Source of the DNA: Octopus sinensis
Taxonomy: Eukaryota
Reading direction: 5' to 3'
DNA length: 10,735 nt
Assembly: GCF_006345805.1 (NCBI RefSeq)
Contig: NW_021827221.1
Span: forward strand, 1 to 10,735
The stretch's first letter is position 1; each line of letters opens with the position of its first letter. The notes under the pieces are model-generated. The model did not search any database. It saw only the letters and a list, made by a program, of their open reading frames with translations, and was not told the DNA's origin. Shown piece after piece: positions 8,924 through 10,735 of the stretch. The position numbers and the translations under genes were made by a program.

Positions 8924-8992
8924 GCTTGTATATATACATATAGATGTAGGTACGTACATATATGTATGTATGTATGCATATATTTTATTTAT
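8731..8992. repeat. Direct-inverted-direct triplication with a ~134-bp near-perfect palindrome (8834-8967)
   Basis: 8731-8805 and 8918-8992 are direct repeats (70/75). 8834-8887 is the reverse complement of 8914-8967 (53/54). Confidence 0.93.
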
Positions 8993-8997
8993 CAAAT

Positions 8998-8999
<2 letters not shown>

Positions 9000-9031
<32 letters not shown>

Positions 9032-9150
9032 CGTGTGAGTGTGTATGTGTGTGTGTGTTTGTGTGTAGGTGCGTCTGTATGTATATATTTATGAATGTTT
9101 ATTTACACACCCACACACACACACACATTAGACGTACATAGAAACACACA
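9000..9150 (+). repeat. (GT)n then (CA)n microsatellites
   Basis: Directly read. Confidence 0.92.
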
Positions 9151-9262
9151 CTGTCATTCTTCCTTAGCTCATCTCCGATGTCAGGGAGATGTTAATACGT
9201 CATGTTTTGACACTAATAGACTCGTCTATGTGATGATGAGCTACAAACCCGCCGTCTCATGT

Positions 9263-9359
9263 AATAGTAGTAGTAGTAGTGGTGGTGGTGGTCGGACCAA
9301 TATCAGCAGGGGACGCGGCGACGGTGGCCGAATCATCATCATCACCATCATCATCGTCG

Positions 9360-9391
<32 letters not shown>

Positions 9392-9482
9392 ATCATCATC
9401 ATCATCATCATCATCGTCATCATCATCGTCATCGTCATCATCATCATCATCATCATCAACATCAACATCATCATCATCATCG

Positions 9483-9520
<38 letters not shown>

Positions 9521-9640
9521 GTCATTATCGTCATCATCATCGTCATCGTCATCATCACCGTCATCGTCATCGTCATCGTCATCATCATCATCATCGGCAG
9601 CAGCAGCAAGGGCAACGGCTGCTGCTGCTACTAGTAGTAT
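9263..9640 (+). repeat. Compound trinucleotide array: (AGT)5(GGT)4, 88-unit (ATC/GTC) tract 9332-9595, (CAG)/(CTG) hairpin
   Basis: Directly read; GCAGCAGCAGC 9597-9607 pairs with GCTGCTGCTGC 9618-9628. Confidence 0.97.
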
Positions 9641-9831
9641 GCTGCGGTGTTTATAGTTGTGTGGAGCATTGAAGAGCTATTCGGTTCATATCTCCCAGCA
9701 AGTCGGTGCCAGTCCACAGCTTATCATAGGTGCTTACAACCTTTGAGGGGGGTTAAGAAATTTACAAAGTCCTATACGTGCACCTGATAGAAAAATACTG
9801 AGTCTGTATGGAGAGGGAAAAGTGGAGAAAA

Positions 9832-9894
9832 TGTGTGTGTGTGTTTGCGTGTGTGTTTGCGTGTGTGTTTCTGCCTGTGTGTATGTATTTGTGT
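9832..9894 (+). repeat. (GT)n/(GTTTGC) microsatellite
   Basis: Directly read. Confidence 0.9.
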
Positions 9895-10299
9895 CAGCGC
9901 TGGATTAACCCATTAAACAAAATAAGTACGTGCTTAGAGCATCAAGGGATCGGGGCGCTACAGAAATGAAAATGGTTTACGGCACAAAAGAAATCCCTTT
10001 AAACTTGCTGAAATAATATTTGTAATGCCTTATCTCTACTAAGTATAGAAGCAGACGTTTTACGTAAAATGAATTTTAACGATATCATTGAACACTTTTG
10101 CAATAAAAAAAAAGCTAAGAAAACTTTACAAATATGAATAAAATGGAAGCATAGAAAAATAAACATTATTTCCCATCTTGCTGCGAATTTTGTTTCATTT
10201 TCAATTATTTTTGTTTACATTTTGAACCATGTACATATACATGAGGGCACCAAAACCTTTTAAGTGCTGAGGGCCTCTATGGGCCTTAATCCGGCCCTG
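9895..10299. mobile_element. Non-autonomous DNA transposon (MITE), possibly hAT-like
   Basis: Imperfect 14-bp TIRs: CAGCGCTGGATTAA (9895-9908) and the reverse complement of 10286-10299, CAGGGCCGGATTAA (12/14); each is followed by CCCAT. The interior is AT-rich and non-coding. No clean TSD (ATTTGTGT vs ATTATGTA). Confidence 0.7.
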
Positions 10300-10425
10300 A
10301 TTATGTATAAATATATGGGTACTTATATGTATAGGTATGTGCATATCTATGTATGTATACAAATATGTGTGTGTGTGTGTGTATAAAGAATGCACATATG
10401 CGTATCATGTATATATTGTATATAC
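10300..10425 (+). repeat. TA/TATG/TG low-complexity repeat
   Basis: Directly read. Confidence 0.85.
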
Positions 10426-10431
10426 TTGCGT

Positions 10432-10735
10432 AAGGTGGTGAGTTGACAGAATCGTTAGAACGTCGGGCGAAATGCTTAGCGGTATTTTGTCTGTCGCTAC
10501 GTTCTAAGTTCAAATTCCACCGAGGTCGACTTTGCTTTTCATCCTTTCGGGGTCGACTAAATGAGTACCAGTTACGCACTGCGGTAGATATAATCAACTT
10601 AATCCGTTTTTCTGTCCTTGTTTGTCCCCTCTGTGTGTAGCTCCTTGTGGGCAGTAAAGAAATAGGTATTTCGTCTGCCGCTATGTTCTGAGTTCGAATT
10701 CCGCCGAGGTCGACTTTGCCTTCGTACTTCCGGTG
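10432..10735 (+). mobile_element. Dimeric tRNA-derived SINE (same head/core as 1145-1353); second unit starts at 10665 and runs off the window
   Basis: A-box-like TGACAGAATCG 10444-10454 and B-box GTTCAAATTCC 10508-10518. The second unit GGTATTTCGTCTGCCGC... repeats 10481 onward at offset 184, with B-box GTTCGAATTCC 10692-10702. Confidence 0.9.

Noticed and set aside
996-10597. The many ORF-track entries rich in poly-M, L, H, I, Y, S, VC or HT
   Set aside because: They are translations of di-, tri- and tetranucleotide microsatellites with no domain content.
1-10735. CRISPR array, rRNA or prokaryotic defence system
   Set aside because: No repeat-spacer periodicity, no rRNA-like sequence and no operon-like ORFs; the DNA is eukaryotic and repeat-rich.

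Overview
Repeat-dense, AT-rich eukaryotic DNA with no recognisable host gene, RNA gene or CRISPR array. The SINE types and microsatellite density suggest an octopus/coleoid cephalopod genome (inference from recalled repeat families). Bases 1-3790 are a stack of decayed retroelements, with all LINE pieces on the + strand. It holds three different R4/Dong-type (RLE endonuclease) non-LTR retrotransposon remnants separated by (TAA)n or TAA-like microsatellites, an antisense tRNA-derived SINE inside one of these tracts, and an RTE-type LINE 3' end fused to the third remnant. The rest is compound microsatellite interspersed with a CORE-like SINE, a 405-bp TIR element (MITE), a dimeric tRNA-SINE, a direct-inverted-direct triplication forming a ~134-bp near-perfect palindrome, a weak hammerhead-like motif set, and a long GAT/GAC repeat that reads as poly-Asp on the minus strand. 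Most ORF-track entries are microsatellite translation artefacts. No intact novel system is demonstrable; the best leads are the TAA-targeted retroelement pile-up, the R4/RTE fusion and the palindrome.
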